Of a stretch of 64,000 nucleotides of DNA, positions 60,137 through 64,000 are shown piece after piece; the stretch's first letter is position 1, and each line of letters begins with the position of its first letter. Both the position numbers and the translations under genes were made by a program. This stretch comes from an uncultured Prevotellaceae bacterium. Lineage in GTDB: Bacteria > Bacteroidota > Bacteroidia > Bacteroidales > Bacteroidaceae. The DNA lies in the NCBI GenBank assembly GCA_900316285.1, contig ONCG01000001.1:213422-277421 (forward strand). The letters are read 5' to 3'. The notes beneath the pieces were generated by a model. That model was not told where the DNA came from, searched no databases, and saw nothing but the letters and a program-made list of their open reading frames with translations.

Positions 60137-61255
60137 ATGAAAATGACGATGAATACATTAAGAAGAATTCTCATCAATCGTCTCAGCTCACTGACAACCC
60201 TTCCCTCAGTGGGGGGCTTGGGATGGGCTGTCGCCTTGTGGCTCGGGGTGGCCCTTACCTCCTGCACTGACGACAACGACGAGCAGCGCATCAGCGGCGT
60301 GCAGGCTTCGGTAGAAGCACCCGTGCTGACCTTCTACATAGAGGACACGGACGGCAACGACCTGCTGGCCAATGGCGACGGGCTAAGTGTGTTCTGCAAG
60401 GAGACGGGCGAGCCGTTGCCTTTCACCCTCGGGCAGGATGAAGTGATGTTGTGGCAGCACAGGGAGCCAACGAACGTCAACGTGCTGACCGTCACGCTTC
60501 CCACGCCCTATCACAGCACTGACGACAAGGAATTTGTCTACACCCTCGACCCGACGCTCGCCATCCTGACCGACGGATTGAGTCAGCCCGTCGAGGTGAA
60601 GATCTTCTACGACTACGACCTGCGCTACGAACACGACGACAACGGCCTGCGCACTGCCGTCGTTGACTACAAGCCCAAGAACATCAGCTTCGGCAACCAT
60701 GAGCTGCAACACGACACGCTGCACGTCATCGCAGAGGACAGCTACCCCTACCTGCGCGTTGATGGCGACACGCTTCGTGTGCAACTGCGATTCCCGGCTG
60801 CAGATGCTCCCTTGCCCCAGCTGTCGTGGGACGACGAGTCGCAATGCTGGACGGGCGACGCCATGCAATGCCGCATGCAACTGGACGGGCGCATCATCGC
60901 CAAGCCGCATGAAACCATCGCGACAAGCCGTCACGCAGAACGTGTCGTCAGCGGCGAAGGCCAGCTGTGCGACAGCATCTACGACGCCATAGACCTCAGC
61001 TTTCCGCTGCCTTACATCTATGGCATGGACGAAAGCTACACGCACAGCCATTTCCGCTTCACGCTCTCCATGCAAAGCCCGCAACTCTTCGGCGACAACC
61101 ATGAGCACTCGCTGCAGCTGTTGCTCAACCAATGGAAAAGCGACATTGAACGTAAACAAATCAATGTCTGGCAGACATACCTCGACGGCCAAGAACTCGA
61201 CACACCATCCTACTATATTGGCTACCCATATCATATAACTCTAAACTGGAAATAA
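60137..61255 (+). CDS. Hypothetical lipoprotein
   Basis: 372 aa with lipobox LTSC. No family recognised. It starts 7 nt after the DUF4249 gene. Confidence 0.7.
   Translation: MKMTMNTLRRILINRLSSLTTLPSVGGLGWAVALWLGVALTSCTDDNDEQRISGVQASVEAPVLTFYIEDTDGNDLLANGDGLSVFCKETGEPLPFTLGQDEVMLWQHREPTNVNVLTVTLPTPYHSTDDKEFVYTLDPTLAILTDGLSQPVEVKIFYDYDLRYEHDDNGLRTAVVDYKPKNISFGNHELQHDTLHVIAEDSYPYLRVDGDTLRVQLRFPAADAPLPQLSWDDESQCWTGDAMQCRMQLDGRIIAKPHETIATSRHAERVVSGEGQLCDSIYDAIDLSFPLPYIYGMDESYTHSHFRFTLSMQSPQLFGDNHEHSLQLLLNQWKSDIERKQINVWQTYLDGQELDTPSYYIGYPYHITLNWK
60198..60228 (-). repeat. Degenerate GC-rich element copy inside the signal peptide of the 60137 lipoprotein
   Basis: CCCTTCCCTC-agt-GGGGGG-CTTGGGATGGGC encodes LPSVGGLGWA, in the same frame as the copy at 59057. 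Confidence 0.6.
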
Positions 61256-61269
61256 AAACCATCTGCAAT

Positions 61270-61758
61270 ATGAAAACCGACGACAAGCAAAAACAACTGG
61301 AAGACTTCGTGCTGAACCATTATCAGCAAGGAAAACTCGACACGCAGAAGGCTCTGCGCAACGTCAGAGAGCGGCTGCAGCAGAGGGAAGGCCAACGGCA
61401 GGAAGTACGCATCGTTCCACTCTGGCAACGCTTGCGCCATATTGCTGCCGCCGTTGTGCTGGTACTGGTCATGGTGAGTGCCTACGCCATCTATAGGAGC
61501 AACGCTAATCATCAGTCTCCATCGGCCACCACGCCGCAACCCACCGCCATCACTCAGCCTTCACAGCCTAAATCCTTCCACTTCGACAACACGCCCATCA
61601 ACCAAGTGCTCGCTGAACTCGATGCCTACTACGACCTGCAGCTCAGTGCCAGCGACACCACCAAGCACCTCTCAGGCGACTTCGAAGCCGAATCGCCCGA
61701 GATGCTCATCGATATGATTGAGCAGACACTGGGAATTGAGGTTAAGCGTAGTGAGTAA
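61270..61758 (+). CDS. Miniature FecR-like anti-sigma candidate (N-domain, TM segment and DUF4974-like C-terminus, no central FecR domain)
   Basis: 162 aa with a TM segment (HIAAAVVLVLVMVSAYAIY), a P/T/Q-rich linker, and the C-terminal FHFDNTPINQVLAELDAYYDLQL...LSGDF...MLIDMIEQTLGIEV. Confidence 0.65.
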   Translation: MKTDDKQKQLEDFVLNHYQQGKLDTQKALRNVRERLQQREGQRQEVRIVPLWQRLRHIAAAVVLVLVMVSAYAIYRSNANHQSPSATTPQPTAITQPSQPKSFHFDNTPINQVLAELDAYYDLQLSASDTTKHLSGDFEAESPEMLIDMIEQTLGIEVKRSE

Positions 61759-61812
61759 TCCTATTCGCTCATCGCAGAATAGGTTATTACAGTAGGGGAA
61801 AAAGTATATAAT

Positions 61813-61852
61813 AAACAAAAAATGAGTAGCGGCTCCCCTGCCACTACTCATT
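61813..61852 (-). terminator. Rho-independent terminator after recQ
   Basis: Stem AATGAGTAG (61821-61829) / CTACTCATT (61844-61852), followed on the minus strand by TTTTTTGTTT. Confidence 0.7.
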
Positions 61853-61861
61853 CAATCTTTC

Positions 61862-64000
61862 TTAGTTCGCCTGTTCCGAGAGGAACTTGATGCGCACGAG
61901 GCGAATCTCGTCCTCCGAATACTCGGGGCCAAGCTCGTCCTGTGCAGCATCGAGACTGTCGGTGTCGCTCTCGCGGAAGTAGTCGTAGATGTCATCGACA
62001 TGGTCGTCGTCCATGACTTCCTCGAGGAAGTAGTCGATGTTGAGCTTCGTGCCGCTGTAGACAATGGCTTCCACCTCGCTGAGCAGTTCGTCGAAGTCGA
62101 GTCCCTGTGCATTGGCGATGTCGTCAAGTGCCACTTGCCGGTCGATGCTCTGAATGATCTTCACCTTCAGCATCGACTTCTTGGCAACGGTGCGCACACG
62201 CATGTCCTCGGGTCGCACGATGTCGTTTTCTTCACAATAGGTGCGGATGAGGTCGCAGAATGGCTTTCCATAGCGCTTCGCCTTACCAACGCCGACGCCC
62301 TGTATGTTCTGCAATTCCTCGAGCGTTACGGGGAACATCGTCGCCATCTGATCGAGCGAGATATCCTGGAAGATGACGTAGGCCGGCAAGTCGTATTTCT
62401 TTGCCATCTCCTTGCGCAGGTCCTTGAGCATGGCGATAAGTGTCAGGTCGAGGGCGGTGCCAACGCCGTCCATGTCGACATCGTAGTCGTCGTCGTTGAA
62501 CTCGGTGTCTTCGACAATCATGAACGAATGCGGGTTCTGCAGGAAGCGCTTACCTGCAGCCGTCACCTTCAGCAGTCCGTAATTCTCTACCTCCTTGCGA
62601 AGATAACCGGCGATGAGTGCCTGACGGATGACGGGATTCCAAATCTTGTGGTCTTCGTCCTCGCCTTCACCAAACTCCTCCAACTGGTCGTGCTTATGAG
62701 AAACAATATCGTCGGTGGCATGTCCGCTCACGAAGTCAATGACGTAGTCCTGACGGAAGTTCTCCTTGATGGCAAGAATGGCCTTGAGCACGATGATGAG
62801 AGCGTCCTTGCCCTCGCGCTTCTCCTTTGGATGCAAGCAGTTGTCGCAGTTCTGGCAGTTGTCCTTGTCGTATTCCTCACCGAAGTAATGCAACAGCATC
62901 TTGCGACGGCATACACTCGACTCGGCATAGGCGGCAGTCTCCTGCAACAACTGGCGACCGATGTCCTGCTCGGCCACGGGCTTTCCCTCCATGAACTTCT
63001 CGAGTTTCTGCAGGTCCTTATAGGCATAGAAGGCGATGCAGATGCCCTCGCCGCCGTCGCGGCCGGCACGTCCCGTCTCCTGATAGTAGCCTTCGAGGCT
63101 CTTCGGGATGTCGTAGTGGATGACGAAGCGCACATCGGGTTTGTCGATGCCCATGCCAAAAGCAATGGTTGCGACGATGATGTCGATACGTTCCATCAGG
63201 AAGTCGTCCTGCGTCTCTGAACGTGTCTGCGAGTCGAGGCCTGCATGATAGGCAGCAGCCTTGATGTCGTTGGCCTGCAGCACGGCTGCCAGCTCCTCCA
63301 CCTTCTTTCGCGAAAGACAATAGACGATGCCGCTCTTACCGGGATTCTGCTTGATGAAACGGATGATCTGCTTGTCGATGTCCTTCGTCTTCTGTCGCAC
63401 CTCATAATAAAGGTTCGGGCGGTTGAAGGAACTCTTGAACTCTACTGCTCCGACGATGCCCAGACTCTTCTTGATATCGGTGCGCACCTTATCGGTGGCA
63501 GTGGCCGTGAGTGCGATGACCGGGGCATTGCCGATGCGATTGATGGTTGGGCGGATATTGCGATACTCGGGTCGGAAGTCGTGTCCCCACTCAGAGATAC
63601 AGTGTGCCTCATCGATAGCATAGAACGAAATCTTGATGCCCTTGAGGAACTCTACATTCTCGTCTTTGTTCAGCGACTCGGGAGCCACATAGAGCAACTT
63701 CGTCCGACCTTCGCGCACATCGTCCATCACCTGCTGGATGGCCGCCTTGTTCAGCGAGGAGTTCAGATAGTGCGCCAAGCCCTCCTCCTCGCTCAGACCA
63801 TTGATGACATCCACCTGGTTTTTCATCAGTGCGATGAGCGGTGAGATGACAATGGCTGTGCCTTCCATGATGAGCGACGGCAACTGGTAGCAAAGACTCT
63901 TGCCACCACCTGTCGGCATAAGCACGAACGCATCGTTGCCTGCCAGCAGATTGCGGATAATCGCCTCCTGATCGCCTTTGAACTTGTCAAAGCCGAAGTA
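61862..64000 (-). CDS. recQ: ATP-dependent DNA helicase RecQ (5' end lies beyond the window)
   Basis: Motifs MPTGGGKSLCYQLP, DEAHCISEWGHDFRP, a zinc-binding region, RQC and a C-terminal HRDC domain. The frame stays open upstream of the ORF-track Met (...YFGFDKFKGDQEAIIRNLLAGNDAFVL), so the gene runs off the window edge. Confidence 0.95.
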   Translation of the reverse strand, partial: YFGFDKFKGDQEAIIRNLLAGNDAFVLMPTGGGKSLCYQLPSLIMEGTAIVISPLIALMKNQVDVINGLSEEEGLAHYLNSSLNKAAIQQVMDDVREGRTKLLYVAPESLNKDENVEFLKGIKISFYAIDEAHCISEWGHDFRPEYRNIRPTINRIGNAPVIALTATATDKVRTDIKKSLGIVGAVEFKSSFNRPNLYYEVRQKTKDIDKQIIRFIKQNPGKSGIVYCLSRKKVEELAAVLQANDIKAAAYHAGLDSQTRSETQDDFLMERIDIIVATIAFGMGIDKPDVRFVIHYDIPKSLEGYYQETGRAGRDGGEGICIAFYAYKDLQKLEKFMEGKPVAEQDIGRQLLQETAAYAESSVCRRKMLLHYFGEEYDKDNCQNCDNCLHPKEKREGKDALIIVLKAILAIKENFRQDYVIDFVSGHATDDIVSHKHDQLEEFGEGEDEDHKIWNPVIRQALIAGYLRKEVENYGLLKVTAAGKRFLQNPHSFMIVEDTEFNDDDYDVDMDGVGTALDLTLIAMLKDLRKEMAKKYDLPAYVIFQDISLDQMATMFPVTLEELQNIQGVGVGKAKRYGKPFCDLIRTYCEENDIVRPEDMRVRTVAKKSMLKVKIIQSIDRQVALDDIANAQGLDFDELLSEVEAIVYSGTKLNIDYFLEEVMDDDHVDDIYDYFRESDTDSLDAAQDELGPEYSEDEIRLVRIKFLSEQAN

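Overview
The window looks like a Bacteroidota chromosome, probably Prevotella-like. I base this on the EF-Tu, RpoB and Mdh sequences, the absence of Shine-Dalgarno sequences, and TAnnTTTG -7 promoter boxes. About half is core housekeeping on the minus strand: rpsL-rpsG-fusA-rpsJ (117-3930), the classic block tRNA-Thr/Tyr/Gly/Thr-tuf-tRNA-Trp-secE-nusG-rplKAJL-rpoBC (17319-30506), then hpf, a XerC/D-type recombinase, rpsU, mdh and recQ (cut by the window end). The accessory content is as follows. (1) A GH35 beta-galactosidase. (2) A four-gene operon of secreted proteins (7485-13477) with a TPR/HTH regulator upstream. (3) An HxlR-cupin-PNPOx trio. (4) Glycerate kinase. (5) A translationally coupled envelope cluster, RDD / SpoIIM-like / membrane / DUF4129 / DUF4350 / MoxR / DUF58 / aminopeptidase P (34660-43398). 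(6) A glycan block with GH29, GH97 and GH31 plus a three-enzyme L-galactose-type oxidation module (45720-54948). (7) An ECF-sigma / TonB-receptor / DUF4249 / lipoprotein / mini-FecR cluster (55276-61758). I found no rRNA, CRISPR array, IS element or prophage. The most unusual content is non-coding. Four repeat families are visible directly in the sequence: (a) three arrays of palindrome-bearing units locked to a 22-bp register; (b) a ~33-nt GC-rich hairpin element (CCTACCCC..CCCCTCCC-loop-GGGAGGGG) that either abuts stop codons or sits in-frame inside five genes; (c) a 76-77-bp GTAGGGACGCG double-hairpin element; (d) heptamer-phased microrepeats filling short intergenic spacers. There are also two long inverted-repeat structured modules next to the 22-bp arrays. 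All functional readings of these repeats are inference. No database search or RNA folding could be run.
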